From NCBI GenBank assembly GCA_964472345.1, contig CAYYLB010000007.1, positions 1 to 32,374 on the forward strand: a stretch of 32,374 nt of DNA, in the 5' to 3' direction. This DNA is from an uncultured Methanosarcinales archaeon. Lineage in GTDB: Archaea; Nanobdellota; Nanobdellia; Woesearchaeales; JAGLXL01. The position numbers and the translations under genes are program-made. Shown here piece by piece: positions 1 through 9,506 of the stretch. The notes under the pieces were generated by a model, which saw only the letters and a list, made by a program, of their open reading frames with translations, was not told the DNA's origin and ran no database searches. The number at the start of each line of letters is the position of its first letter. Position 1 is the stretch's first letter.

Positions 1-933
1 CATAAACACCTTGTGCGTCTTCACCACGATCCCCTTCTCGTTTTTCCGCACGTCCTCGTGGCTCATCTGCGCAGGCCCGAGCGCGACCAGCTCGCCTTTC
101 AGCGTCATGATGGCTGCCAGCTGGCCTGGCGCGAGCGTTGTCAGCCTGCTGATCCCCGGAACCGCGACGGCGCGCCCGTGGCAGATGCTCTCGACCGCGG
201 AATCAAGCACCCACACCTTCGGGAGGTGCTCCACGACGCGCTCCGCCGGCTTCACGCAGTGACGGATGAACTTCTCGCTGCCCTCTTCCTTCCAGAGCAC
301 GAGCGCATCCTGCAGGTCGTGCAGCGTGACGCTCTCCGCTTCGCGGAACGTCGTCACGCGCGTCCTGCGCAGGGCAGCCATGTGCGCGCCGATGCCGAGC
401 GATCTGCCGAGGTCATGGCAAATTTTCCTGATGTATGTCCCCGCTTCGCACGAAACGCGGAACAGCACGTCCTGCCCATTGGATTCGAGGAGGTCAAACG
501 CATACACTTCGCGCTCCCGCAGCTGCCGCTTCACCGCGCTCTTCAGCGGAGGGAGCTGGGTGATCTTGCCGGTGAATGCCGTGACCGCTGCGCGCAGCCG
601 CTCCTCCGGCACTGGCTTGTGCAGGTGCATGACACCGACATACTCTTTCCCGCCTTTGAGCATCACGTGCGACAGCCGCGTGGCGCGCTCCGTGACGATG
701 GGAAGGACGCCCGTCACCTGCGGATCAAGGGAGCCGGAGTGCCCTGCTGAGGCGACTCCGAGAATCCGCTGCACATAATCGCTCACCTGATGGCTTGTCG
801 GTCCCGGAGGCTTGTCAAGGTTGATGACACCGAAGGAGATCAGCTCCCCGACCGGCCGCTCCCGGGGGATGCACCCGAAACGCGCATCTGAGACAGCTTC
901 CCGTTTGACAAAAATCTCCTGCGGGTCACCCAT
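1..933 (-). CDS. cbf5: Pseudouridine synthase Cbf5 (TruB family, H/ACA RNP catalytic subunit); 3' end runs off the window
   Basis: Absent from the ORF track because there is no stop in the window. Manual translation from ATG 933 gives GVINLDKPPGPTSHQV, AGHSGSLDPQVTGVLPI (catalytic Asp), CEAGTYIRKICHDLG and a PUA-type end GIVVKTHKVFM. TTTAAATA lies at 954-961 on the minus strand. Confidence 0.93.
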   Translation of the reverse strand, partial: MGDPQEIFVKREAVSDARFGCIPRERPVGELISFGVINLDKPPGPTSHQVSDYVQRILGVASAGHSGSLDPQVTGVLPIVTERATRLSHVMLKGGKEYVGVMHLHKPVPEERLRAAVTAFTGKITQLPPLKSAVKRQLREREVYAFDLLESNGQDVLFRVSCEAGTYIRKICHDLGRSLGIGAHMAALRRTRVTTFREAESVTLHDLQDALVLWKEEGSEKFIRHCVKPAERVVEHLPKVWVLDSAVESICHGRAVAVPGISRLTTLAPGQLAAIMTLKGELVALGPAQMSHEDVRKNEKGIVVKTHKVFM

Positions 934-1037
934 AGGCAGCGCGCGGCGCCGTGTATTTAAAAAACTGTGCGTCCGCCGGTGCAAGGAGAAGCTCCTCTGG
1001 TGTGATTCGTGAGAGTTATTTACTATTCCCTTCTCCC

Positions 1038-3209
1038 CTAGAGCTTTCTTCTCCTGATCCTCAGGCTGTTGCCCACGACGCTGACGCTCGAGAACGCCAT
1101 GGCCCCGCCCGCGATGATGGGATTGAGCAGGCCGAATGCTGCAAGGGGGATGCCTATTATGTTGTAAATGAACGCCCAGAAGAGATTCTGCCTGATGGTG
1201 CGGAGGGTGAGCCTTGAGAGCCTCAGCGCTTCGACCACCTTGAGCGGATGGCCCTTGACCAGCACGATGTCGCCGGTTTCAATCGCGATGTCGGTGCCGG
1301 TGCCGATGGCGATGCCGAGGTCAGCTTGCGCAAGGGCAGGCGCGTCGTTGATGCCGTCGCCGACGAATGCGACGTGCAGGCCTTTCCGCTGCAATGCCTT
1401 GAGCTTGGCCGCTTTCTCTCCGGGAAGCACCTCGGCAAGAACCTCGGTGATGCCAAGCTGCTGCGCAATCGCATGGGCAGTCTTCCTGTTGTCGCCGGTA
1501 ATCATCACCGTCCGGATGCCCGCATCCTGCAGCTGGGAAACGGCCTGCCCGGCATCTTCCTTCAGCGTGTCGGCAATGGCGATCAGGCCGAGGAGTGTCC
1601 TGTTTTTCACGCACGCGACCACCGTCTTCGCCTGCCGCTCGAGCTCACCGAGCTTCGCTTTTGCCGCTTTCAGCGCGACGCCTTTTTCCTGCACAAGGCG
1701 GGGGCTTCCGATGACGATGCGGTCCTTGCCGAGCGTTGCCGTGACGCCCCGCCCGGCGAGGTTCTCGAAGCCTCCCGCTTCCCGCAGGCGGAGCTTTTTC
1801 TGCTTCGCTGCGTTGACAACCGCCTGCGCTAACGGGTGCTCGGAGAGCGCTTCGATGCTTGCTGCGAGCGCGAGCAGCCTGAGGTGATCGGTCCCGGGCG
1901 CCAGCGGGATGACGTCGGTGACGCGCGGCTTGCCCTCCGTGAGCGTGCCGGTCTTGTCGAAGATCACCACATCGATCTTTTTCGCTTTCTCAAGGGCTTC
2001 GCCGTTCTTGATCAGGATGCCGTGCTTGGCCCCCAGGCCGGTGCCGACCATGATGGCTGTCGGCGTCGCAAGGCCAAGGGCGCAGGGGCAGGCGATGACG
2101 AGGACTGCAACCGCGGGGATGAGGCTCTGCGCGACGCTGCCGGTGAAGGAATACCAGACGCCGGCGGTGAGCAGCGCGATGAGCAGGACAACAGGCACGA
2201 AGATGCCGGAGACGCGGTCCGCGAGCTTCTGGATCGGCGCCTTCTTCGTCTGCGCCTCTGCGACCATCTTCACGATCTGCGCGAGCACGGTGTCCTGGCC
2301 GACCTTGGTCGCCCGCATGGTGAGCGCGCCGCTGATGTTGATCGTTGCGCCGAAAACGTCATCGCCCGGTTTTTTCGCGGCAGGCATGCTTTCTCCGGTG
2401 AGCATGGACTCATCGATGCTTGAGGCCCCCTTGGCCACTTTCCCGTCCACCGGAATCTTCTCGCCGGGCTTGACCAGCAGGATATTTCCAACCGCTACCT
2501 GCTCGATCGGGATGTCGCGCTGTTTTCCCTTGATAAGCAGATGAGCGGTTTTCGCCCCGAGCTGGAGCAGCTTCTCAATCGCCTCGCTTGCCTGGCCGCG
2601 GCTGCGCGCCTCAAAGTAGCGCCCGAGCAGGATCAGCGCTGCGATGACTGCGCCCGTCTCAAAGTAGAGGTCCGGCTTGCTGGTTGCGAGCGCCCAGAAG
2701 CTGTAGCAAAGGGCAGCGAGCGTGCCGAGAGAAATCAGCGTGTCCATGTTTGCGGCGCGCATGCGGAGCTGGCGGAGCATGCCGGCGTGGAATTCCCATC
2801 CGATGACCAGGATCACGATGGTGCTGAGAAGCGCCTGGAGCCATATGCTTACATTGGTGCCGAGAAGCGTGCCAGGCAGCTCGACGGAGAGCATGGCAAG
2901 CAGCAGCGCGGGAGCAGCGAGCACGAGGGCGATGGCCGCTTTCCTTTTTGCCGTGCGAAGCTCCTTTCGCGATTCCTCGTGGTGGTTGTGCGCGAGCTGC
3001 TGCGTCAGCACCTTGTAGCCGTTCTTGATGATGGCGTCGTGCAGCTGGGCTTCCGTCGCTTGCGCCTCGTCAAACTCGACGGTGGCGCTGTGGGTGGCGA
3101 AGTTCACTGCCGCGCTTTTGACTCCTGCGATCTTCTTCAGGCTGCGCTCATTGCGGATTGAGCAGGACGCGCAGTGCATGCCGACGATCTGGAAGGTGAG
3201 GGTTTTCAT
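1038..3209 (-). CDS. copA: Cu(I)-translocating P1B-type ATPase
   Basis: N-terminal HMA GMHCASC, TGES, CPC, DKTGT, SEHPLA, GDGIND, YN and MAFSS motifs. AGGAG lies upstream of the ATG. Confidence 0.96.
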   Translation of the reverse strand: MKTLTFQIVGMHCASCSIRNERSLKKIAGVKSAAVNFATHSATVEFDEAQATEAQLHDAIIKNGYKVLTQQLAHNHHEESRKELRTAKRKAAIALVLAAPALLLAMLSVELPGTLLGTNVSIWLQALLSTIVILVIGWEFHAGMLRQLRMRAANMDTLISLGTLAALCYSFWALATSKPDLYFETGAVIAALILLGRYFEARSRGQASEAIEKLLQLGAKTAHLLIKGKQRDIPIEQVAVGNILLVKPGEKIPVDGKVAKGASSIDESMLTGESMPAAKKPGDDVFGATINISGALTMRATKVGQDTVLAQIVKMVAEAQTKKAPIQKLADRVSGIFVPVVLLIALLTAGVWYSFTGSVAQSLIPAVAVLVIACPCALGLATPTAIMVGTGLGAKHGILIKNGEALEKAKKIDVVIFDKTGTLTEGKPRVTDVIPLAPGTDHLRLLALAASIEALSEHPLAQAVVNAAKQKKLRLREAGGFENLAGRGVTATLGKDRIVIGSPRLVQEKGVALKAAKAKLGELERQAKTVVACVKNRTLLGLIAIADTLKEDAGQAVSQLQDAGIRTVMITGDNRKTAHAIAQQLGITEVLAEVLPGEKAAKLKALQRKGLHVAFVGDGINDAPALAQADLGIAIGTGTDIAIETGDIVLVKGHPLKVVEALRLSRLTLRTIRQNLFWAFIYNIIGIPLAAFGLLNPIIAGGAMAFSSVSVVGNSLRIRRRKL

Positions 3210-3898
3210 TGGTTGGGGTTCTCCTGCGTGTGGGTCATTCTTTGGTTGGTGCGAAATCCTTTCCGCGCTGCCGCGGAGCCCCGCAGTCCGCTCCTCAGCT
3301 TCGCGCTCCTTCGTCGCGCTTCATGACAGAAATCCGCGATTTCTGGCATCTCAGAAATGTGCGCATTTCCGAGAGGTTGCCTCGTTCCTTCTGCGAAGCT
3401 CCTCGGCGGGGCAAGCAACGCGGCAGCGCCGGCTTTCGCACCAACCCTGATGATGCGGCTTGTTATATAAAACGTCGCAAGCGGCAGGAGCGCGAGCTGC
3501 AGGACGGGAAGCAGGCCGACGTTCAGCAGAGGGATGAGTGGCATTGAGGTTGTGTAGCTCCAGCGGCCGGTGCGAAGGGCGTGCAGCTCGATGAGGACGG
3601 CGATGAGCGCTCCGGCTGCGCCGATGAGGGCTGCTGTCGGAAGGCTCCACTGGCGCATCCAGCGGGTGCCATTATTCACGAGCGCTGCCGCGCCAAAGAG
3701 CAGCAGGGTGATGATGACGTCGCCAGCGACCGCACGGAGGCAGGCGAGGAAATGCTGGAGGAAGCTGCCATAGCCCGCGTACAGCGGCGCCTGTGCGTTC
3801 TCCCAAATGAGGTTCAGGAAGAAGGCAAGCGCTGCGATGAAGACGATAGCCAGCAGGACCGGATGCCGTGTTGCGTGCTTCTGCTCCGTCCCCATCAT
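3206..3898 (-). CDS. Hypothetical multi-pass membrane protein in the copper operon; most of its C-terminal ~80 aa is read through an inverted-repeat insertion
   Basis: About four hydrophobic segments in the first 150 aa. ATGA-type overlaps with both neighbours. The tail coincides with the 3244-3446 element. Confidence 0.75.
   Translation of the reverse strand: MMGTEQKHATRHPVLLAIVFIAALAFFLNLIWENAQAPLYAGYGSFLQHFLACLRAVAGDVIITLLLFGAAALVNNGTRWMRQWSLPTAALIGAAGALIAVLIELHALRTGRWSYTTSMPLIPLLNVGLLPVLQLALLPLATFYITSRIIRVGAKAGAAALLAPPRSFAEGTRQPLGNAHISEMPEIADFCHEARRRSAKLRSGLRGSAAARKGFRTNQRMTHTQENPNQ
3244..3446. mobile_element. MITE-like element A, 203 bp, inside a CDS
   Basis: Perfect 13-bp inverted repeat ggttggtgcgaaa (3244-3256) / tttcgcaccaacc (3434-3446). 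Internal hairpins at 3327-3345 and 3350-3373. No target-site duplication seen. Confidence 0.65.
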
Positions 3899-4104
3899 TT
3901 CCCTTCCACTTTATAGTCGCCGAGGCTCTCGATCTCCTTTTTGAGGCGCTTCATGTCGATCTCCTTGTTGTGCTCAATGACTGTCTTTCCTGTCTTGAAG
4001 TCGGCCGTGCAGGCCGTGACGCCGGGGAGCTCCCTGCAGACATCTTCGATGAGAGCCTTGCAGGAGGCGCAGTGGGTGCCTTTGACCGTTATCGTCGTTT
4101 TCAT
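3895..4104 (-). CDS. copZ: CopZ-like heavy-metal chaperone (HMA domain)
   Basis: 69 aa with GTHCASC, located in the copA operon. Confidence 0.88.
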   Translation of the reverse strand: MKTTITVKGTHCASCKALIEDVCRELPGVTACTADFKTGKTVIEHNKEIDMKRLKKEIESLGDYKVEGK

Positions 4105-4108
4105 CAGC

Positions 4109-4639
4109 TCAACCTCCGGCTGTCGCGTACTCTATCACCATCTCATCACCATCGTGCATGGCATAGCTGCCGAATTCCGTGCTCTCCATGCCGTTGACGT
4201 ACATCTTCAGCTTCCCTTTGTCCGTGCAGGAATCAAAGATGCACTCTGGCGTGAACGTCTTGCCCCAGACCTCGAAGAAGTACCCCAGCGTCAGCGTTTC
4301 CGGCTTGCTCAGGGGGTTGAGGTTTTCGATGTGGAGCGTGCCATCGCTCTCGTGCGTGTGCGTGGGAGACATACTCATCCCGCTGAGGTGCGTGTCCACG
4401 ATGCGCCCCGTTCCTGCGCCGATATTGTTGGGGATCAGCACCTCCCTGCCGTCAATCCGTATCGTGAGCCTTGGGTGCCAGTGGACGCTTCCGCGGGGGA
4501 CAAGCACTTCCCTTCCATCGAGCATCACCCGGGCATCATTCTTGCCTGAGAACAGGTAGAGGGCTGCCACGGCGACTGCGGCGGTGCAGATTCCTCCCGC
4601 AAGCATTCTTCCCCATAGTTTCCTCTTCATGGCCATCAC
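4109..4639 (-). CDS. Membrane-anchored His-rich hypothetical protein, paralog of 8589-9221
   Basis: N-terminal TM helix, HWH and HTHESDGTLHIE motifs, TLGYFFEVWG and CIFDSC. Confidence 0.82.
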   Translation of the reverse strand: MMAMKRKLWGRMLAGGICTAAVAVAALYLFSGKNDARVMLDGREVLVPRGSVHWHPRLTIRIDGREVLIPNNIGAGTGRIVDTHLSGMSMSPTHTHESDGTLHIENLNPLSKPETLTLGYFFEVWGKTFTPECIFDSCTDKGKLKMYVNGMESTEFGSYAMHDGDEMVIEYATAGG

Positions 4640-6435
4640 ACCACCACAAACTCGCCCATTTTGCTTCCCATGCTGCAGGTGAATGGCACGACGCCGGCTT
4701 TTGTGGGTGTGAAGCGGAGCGTGCTCCTGCCGAGCGGGATGGCGTGGGCCACATTGTATTTGGGAATGATCAGCGTGCCCATGCAGCCGCCCAGCTGGAT
4801 TTTCGCGTCAATCTCAAGCTCGACGGGAATGCCCTTCTTCACAGTGAAGCTGTTGGGAAAGAAGCCGCGCTCGCGGGAAACTTCCATCTGCAGCCGCTGC
4901 ACCTCTCTGCTCCCGGCCCGCGGCTCCGTATCGTCCGGAGCTGCCGCCGCCGCAAGCTGCACGCCTGCGCTCTTCTTGCCTGGTACAACAATAAACCTGC
5001 CCGGCCCGGCCATGCCCATACTGCAGCTGAATGTGATGGTGCCAACATCCTTGGGGGTGAAGCGGATTGTCTTTATGGCGTCGCGCGGCAGGTAGTCCGT
5101 GATGCCCAACGATGGAACGGAGATCACCTGGGCGCACCCCACTGCGCCGCGCCCATCAATGCGCCACTCAACGGGAATGCCCTGAGTGATCGTGAACTCC
5201 GCAGGCTCATAGTCAAGGCTGCGCACGCTCATCTCAACAATCTGAATGCCATTAGTAACCGCTGCGCTGCCTCCTGCACCCGTGCCGCTCCCCGTGAGCG
5301 TGCTGCCCAGCGCAACGCTCGCTCCCGCCAGCGTGAGGCCGTTGCCGATGTTGAAGACGCCGAGCAGCACGACAATGACTGCCGCTGCGCGGAGGAAGTC
5401 GCGCTGCCATGCGCCCCTGAGCGCGCTGGAGAGGGCGCCGATGGACAGGAGGCCGGGCAGCGTTCCCAGTGCAAAGGTGAGCATGGTCAGCGCCCCGGTC
5501 AGCGCGCTGCCGGTGCTGAGCACGTAGAGCTGCAACGCCTGGGTGAAGCCGCAGGGGAAGAAGAATGTTACTGATCCAAAGAGGAAGGGGGTGAGCGGGT
5601 GCTGGTTGCCATGGGAGTCATAGACCTTGTGGGCGAGCGCCTTGGGCATCTTCAGGCTGAGCCGGTTGAGGAATGGGAAGACCCTGAGCATCTGCAATCC
5701 AATGATGACCATGGCAAGGCTGGCGATGATTGTGGTAATGCCGGTCAGGCGCGGTGACAATGTCAGCACTGAGCCGAGCGCTCCGACCGCTGCGCCAAGC
5801 AGGGTGTAGGAAGCAATCCGGCCGATGTTGAAAAAGAGGTGCGGCCTGAAGCGCTGGAGCCCGGTGAGGTCCGGGTAGCGCTCCTGGTATTTCGCGCTGA
5901 GCGCGAGCAGCAGGCCGCCGGTGACGGCCATGCAGGTTGAAACCGCCGCAACCAGACCGATGAGGAAGACGATGCCGTAGCTCATCCCCTCGGAGATGCC
6001 GAAGCTGGGGATGATGTCCAGCCGCCGGAGGATGATGAAGAGCGCAACGATGATGAAGAAGACCTTGCCGATCTCAAAAAGCTCCCTTTTCCGGCTGATG
6101 GGCGTGCCGGCGTTTCCGGTTTTCACTGCAGGGTGCGGCTCATCTGCCTCCTGCTGCCTATGTCCCGTCTCTTCAAGCGTGGTGACCGTGTAGCCCTGCT
6201 CATTCAGCGCATCGTTCAGCTCCTGTGCGCTGGGCTCCGTGGTGCAGGTGAGTTGCGCTTCTCCCCGTGCGTGGCTGACGTGCACCCCGCTGATGCCCGG
6301 CAGCTTGCGGAGCTTCCGCTCGATGAGCACCTCGCAGCTTGCGCAGGTCATGCCGGCTATTTTCACTTTCAGCGTCTTCTGCGGCTGCTTTTGCTGATGA
6401 GCCTCCTGCGGCTGGGCCGTGCCTGATTGAGCCAT
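4636..6435 (-). CDS. HMA + DsbD_2/TauE-like transmembrane + two cupredoxin-like domains (heavy-metal/redox fusion protein)
   Basis: GMTCASC; TM region with STCMAVTGG and FFPCGFTQ; two C-terminal repeats ending FSCSMGM and FTCSMG. Confidence 0.88.
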   Translation of the reverse strand: MAQSGTAQPQEAHQQKQPQKTLKVKIAGMTCASCEVLIERKLRKLPGISGVHVSHARGEAQLTCTTEPSAQELNDALNEQGYTVTTLEETGHRQQEADEPHPAVKTGNAGTPISRKRELFEIGKVFFIIVALFIILRRLDIIPSFGISEGMSYGIVFLIGLVAAVSTCMAVTGGLLLALSAKYQERYPDLTGLQRFRPHLFFNIGRIASYTLLGAAVGALGSVLTLSPRLTGITTIIASLAMVIIGLQMLRVFPFLNRLSLKMPKALAHKVYDSHGNQHPLTPFLFGSVTFFFPCGFTQALQLYVLSTGSALTGALTMLTFALGTLPGLLSIGALSSALRGAWQRDFLRAAAVIVVLLGVFNIGNGLTLAGASVALGSTLTGSGTGAGGSAAVTNGIQIVEMSVRSLDYEPAEFTITQGIPVEWRIDGRGAVGCAQVISVPSLGITDYLPRDAIKTIRFTPKDVGTITFSCSMGMAGPGRFIVVPGKKSAGVQLAAAAAPDDTEPRAGSREVQRLQMEVSRERGFFPNSFTVKKGIPVELEIDAKIQLGGCMGTLIIPKYNVAHAIPLGRSTLRFTPTKAGVVPFTCSMGSKMGEFVVV

Positions 6436-6460
6436 ATCGGAAGGTAGGAGAGCGAAACGG

Positions 6461-6470
6461 CTTATATAAG
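6461..6470. promoter_or_regulatory. Palindromic TATA box; likely leaderless promoter of the copper operon, possibly bidirectional
   Basis: cttatataag lies 25 nt before ATG 6435 on the minus strand and ~20 nt before the structured element on the plus strand. Confidence 0.65.
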
Positions 6471-6488
6471 TAACGTGAAACTGGTTTC

Positions 6489-6620
6489 GGTACCGCAGGA
6501 AGCTGTTCCGGGTGACGGTGATGGCGGTTGCCGCACGTGCGGCACGTCTGTCAAAGGCCTCAGCAGCCTGCGAACGCGGAGCGCCGCTGGGTTGGAGGAG
6601 CCCAGTCGCCGGACCTCCAA
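6489..6620 (+). ncRNA. Candidate structured ncRNA: long hairpin plus 3' H-type pseudoknot, family unknown
   Basis: Nested stems 6494-6499/6567-6572, 6502-6505/6561-6564, 6513-6518/6548-6553 and 6529-6534/6539-6544. The hairpin 6587-6592/6600-6605 has a loop tggagg complementary to cctcca 6614-6619. G-U pairs favour the plus strand. Confidence 0.35.
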
Positions 6621-6706
6621 AAATACAATTTCTGTACGAATAGTGCGACTAAAATTCAAAGAGGATTAATTATGGTCGTACCATATTTAAACAAACTAAT
6701 GATGGG

Positions 6707-6849
6707 GCTCAGTAGAAAACTCGCCTCTCGGCAGCCCGTAGGGCGCCACCCCAGCCTCGCCAGCGCCACGCATCTCCTCGGCACGAAGCCTCGAAGCGAC
6801 CGCCTCGGAGATGCTGATGCAGGCGCTGACGGCGAGTTTTCTACTGGAC
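6707..6849. mobile_element. MITE-like element B, ~143 bp, with flanking direct repeat
   Basis: Perfect 16-bp IR cagtagaaaactcgcc (6710-6725) / ggcgagttttctactg (6831-6846). actaatgatggg is repeated at 6695-6706 and 6848-6859 (TSD of 10-12 bp depending on the ends chosen). Internal stems cagcgcc/ggcgctg and gcatctcc/ggagatgc. Confidence 0.8.
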
Positions 6850-6893
6850 TAATGATGGGTGAATCTTTCAGATTGGCGCCCGCCCGCCAGCGA

Positions 6894-7790
6894 TCAGCCC
6901 GGCAGGAACGGAAAGAAAAGCCTCACGAAGAGCCTGTTCCCTTCAAGCGTGAGGATCGCGATGGCGAGGCCGACAACGACCATGATGATTGCAGCGAGCT
7001 TCTTCACGAGCGGCGCCGCGGCGGTGAGAAACGGGACGAGCGACTGCTTTATGGTAGCGGCCAGCATGGTCAGGATCACCATCAGCGCCCCCATCGTCAG
7101 CGAGAAGACGGCGAATGCAAGCAGCGCACCAAGAAAGCTGGCGTTCGCGAGCGCATAGAGCACCAGCGCGAGCATGATGGGGCCGGTGCAGCCGATCGCA
7201 GCTCCATTGTACAGGATGCCGTAGAGCAGCACGCTGCGTGAAAAGCGCTTTCCTGCGGTGATGCGATGGATCCAGCCAAGCCCGGCGCCCTTGCCGAAAA
7301 GTGTCAGGATACCGAGCACGGCGATCAGCAGTCCTGCAGCTACCCGGATGCCGAGGATGATGGCAGCGTCTTCGCGCGGGTCTTTTGCGAATGGAGCGGC
7401 GGCGCCGAGGGCAGCAATGAGAAGCCCGATCACCATGTTCACGAGTATGATCCCTGCCGCGCCGGCAAGGCCAAGAGCAGCTGCACGGAGCAGCGTTTCG
7501 CCGCGGCTGAGCTTTTTTGCTTCTCCGGCGGTGAGGAGATGCGCCACATACGCCGGGAGCACCGTGAAGGCGCAGGGGCTCAGGAAAGCTGCGATGCCGA
7601 GCACCACGCTGAGGAGGACCAGCGGCAGGATCTCAAAGCGCGCAGGCATGATGATGTTTTCAACGGCGCCGAGGAAGACGAAGCGGTAGCCGAGCCAGCC
7701 CAGCAGTATGAGAGCGCCGAGCACAAGGATGAAGATAGCGGGTGGAAAGACCGCCGTGCGTCCGCTTTTTTGCATCCCGTCCTCATTCAT
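6894..7790 (-). CDS. CcdA/DsbD-family transmembrane thiol-disulfide electron transporter
   Basis: Hydrophobic protein with FLSPCAFTVLPAY and a second Cys in IGCTGPI, the two redox cysteines of CcdA. Confidence 0.82.
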   Translation of the reverse strand: MNEDGMQKSGRTAVFPPAIFILVLGALILLGWLGYRFVFLGAVENIIMPARFEILPLVLLSVVLGIAAFLSPCAFTVLPAYVAHLLTAGEAKKLSRGETLLRAAALGLAGAAGIILVNMVIGLLIAALGAAAPFAKDPREDAAIILGIRVAAGLLIAVLGILTLFGKGAGLGWIHRITAGKRFSRSVLLYGILYNGAAIGCTGPIMLALVLYALANASFLGALLAFAVFSLTMGALMVILTMLAATIKQSLVPFLTAAAPLVKKLAAIIMVVVGLAIAILTLEGNRLFVRLFFPFLPG

Positions 7791-8281
7791 CTCAATACCA
7801 CCATATTCGTCATCCCCCTCCGCTTGCGCTCGAGGATGCCGAGCGATTCGAGGCGGTCAAGGATGCGGGTTACCTTGACCTTGGAGAGGCCCAGCTCGCG
7901 GACAAGGTCGCTCTGGAAGGCTGAGCCTTTCCGCTCCGTGATGAACTGGCAGACACGCGCTTCCTCGGCGTCGAGCTGGGAGAGGTCAATATCCTTCGGC
8001 CGCGGGCTGCCCCGCACTTCCCCCTTGCGCTCTCCCATCCGCTTGCCGGCAACAGCCAGATACAGGCCAAGGGCCAGCGCGACTGCCGACACCGCACCGG
8101 CGATGAGATAGAGTGCGAAGCTCCGCTCTTCGTAGATGCATTCGCCGTTGATGAAGCAGGTGCCCTTGCCGAGCGCTGCCTGCTGAAGGTGCTGATCCTC
8201 CTGGAGCTTGAAGAGATAGGTGAGGAGGCTGAAGATGAGCGCGACCGCAACAAGGAAAATGCCGAGGTGGCGGAGGTTCAT
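7787..8281 (-). CDS. Membrane-anchored winged-helix (MarR-like) regulator
   Basis: Two TM helices around a loop with CFINGEC. C-terminal QSDLVRELGLSKVKVTRILDRLESLGILERKRRGMTN. Confidence 0.85.
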   Translation of the reverse strand: MNLRHLGIFLVAVALIFSLLTYLFKLQEDQHLQQAALGKGTCFINGECIYEERSFALYLIAGAVSAVALALGLYLAVAGKRMGERKGEVRGSPRPKDIDLSQLDAEEARVCQFITERKGSAFQSDLVRELGLSKVKVTRILDRLESLGILERKRRGMTNMVVLR

Positions 8282-8353
8282 GGTGCGGGTGCGGCTCGGC
8301 TGCTTTTTCTCATTTTGTCCTTTCCTTAGGCGACTATGCTGCTGTGTGCTGCC

Positions 8354-8524
8354 TTACTTCTTTTTTTTGGAGAGCTCCCTCACCAGCTTCGCGACCCAGA
8401 GCCAGACGAGCACCACCAGCCCGAGCAGCAGGAGCCAAAGCAGGACGCCGCCAAGCCCTAAGCTCCACGAGCCCATCATCCCCGAACCCATCGTCCCGTA
8501 CCCCATCATGTTCGCCAGTACCAT
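8354..8524 (-). CDS. 56-aa Met/Gly-rich single-pass membrane protein
   Basis: Not in the ORF track. Translates as MVLANMMGYGTMGSGMMGSWSLGLGGVLLWLLLLGLVVLVWLWVAKLVRELSKKKK*, with the RBS GAGGTGA just upstream. Confidence 0.8.
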   Translation of the reverse strand: MVLANMMGYGTMGSGMMGSWSLGLGGVLLWLLLLGLVVLVWLWVAKLVRELSKKKK

Positions 8525-8588
8525 AGTTCACCTCTCCTCCACAAGGATGGAATGTGATTGCTCCACGCCGGGCGCAGGCCGCCCTTCT

Positions 8589-9221
8589 TCACCGATTGCC
8601 ATCTTCCCCCGCTGCCGGTGCCTCGCCCGGAAACGATGTGTACTCAATCACGATCCGGTCATCGTCGCGCAAGACATGGTTCCCGAATGCGGTGCTCTCC
8701 TTGCCGTTGACGCTCATGGTGAGTTTCCCCCTGTCGGTGCAATAGTCGAGGACGCAGCTGCTGCTGAATGTCCTGCCCCAGATGCCGAAAAATTCCCCTA
8801 GTGTGAAGTCGCGCGGCGTCGGCCCCTCAATGTGGAGCTCGCCGGAAGCGTCGTGCGTGTGGAGCGGCCGCATCACGCTGCGGGAGATGCCGATGCTTGC
8901 TGGAACGGGCTGCACCTCTCCGTCGATGATGATGCGCAGGTTGGCATGGATGTGCAGTTGGAGGTTCTTGTGGCCGCCGATGTTGATTTCCTTCGCGGGC
9001 ACAGTCTGGTAGTCCTGTTGCGCTTTGAGAACGCCCCACACAAGCAGCAGAATGGCGGCAAGGGCGGCGATGGCGATTGCGCCCCACACGATGCGCTTCT
9101 TCTGCTGCCTGCTGATGAGCGGCTTCGTGAACGGCTGAGGATGCTTCGCGGCATTGTGCATGGCGAGCGCGTCTGCTGTCTCAAATGGCTTGCTGCAGGC
9201 AGTGCAGGTGTGGTGGTCCAT
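8589..9221 (-). CDS. C2H2 zinc-finger + TM + His-rich domain protein, paralog of 4109-4639
   Basis: CTACSKPF...HNAAKH, a TM helix, HIH, HTHDASGELHIE, TLGEFFGIWG and CVLDYC. Confidence 0.85.
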   Translation of the reverse strand: MDHHTCTACSKPFETADALAMHNAAKHPQPFTKPLISRQQKKRIVWGAIAIAALAAILLLVWGVLKAQQDYQTVPAKEINIGGHKNLQLHIHANLRIIIDGEVQPVPASIGISRSVMRPLHTHDASGELHIEGPTPRDFTLGEFFGIWGRTFSSSCVLDYCTDRGKLTMSVNGKESTAFGNHVLRDDDRIVIEYTSFPGEAPAAGEDGNR

Positions 9222-9326
9222 TGCGTCCTTTTCTTTTTTCGTCGAAAGAGTCCTCGCTATATATAGTTTGTGTCCGGTAAAACTACTCTAGCTGGTATGG
9301 CGCTCGGGAAAAACGTCCAAGAAATC

Positions 9327-9506
9327 GGCGTTATTGAAAAGTTCTCGTTCGCCACGCTCGAATGGATAGTCTTTCAGACTGGCATCGAGCTGGAGCCTGG
9401 CGGGCGTCCCGCTTACGCCGGCACGGAGAACGTGCAGCGTCCTCCTGGGTGTCGTGCCGAGCCCGACACGCACACTGGCCACCTTGGCGAACTTTTCAAT
9501 AACGCC
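9327..9506. mobile_element. MITE-like element C, 180 bp, with flanking direct repeat
   Basis: Perfect 18-bp IR ggcgttattgaaaagttc (9327-9344) / gaacttttcaataacgcc (9489-9506). aagaaatc occurs at 9319-9326 and 9508-9515. Confidence 0.8.

Noticed and set aside
3207..3450. Exact removal of element A would fuse the membrane ORF in frame with copA
   Set aside because: This has a one-in-three chance of occurring, the element ends are uncertain without a TSD, and copA has its own RBS and a normal N-terminus.
6489..6620. Assignment as SRP RNA, 5S rRNA, fluoride riboswitch or HDV-like ribozyme
   Set aside because: Only short chance-level similarities (gcagcc, cgaac, ggtgatgg). The defining motifs and topologies are not present.
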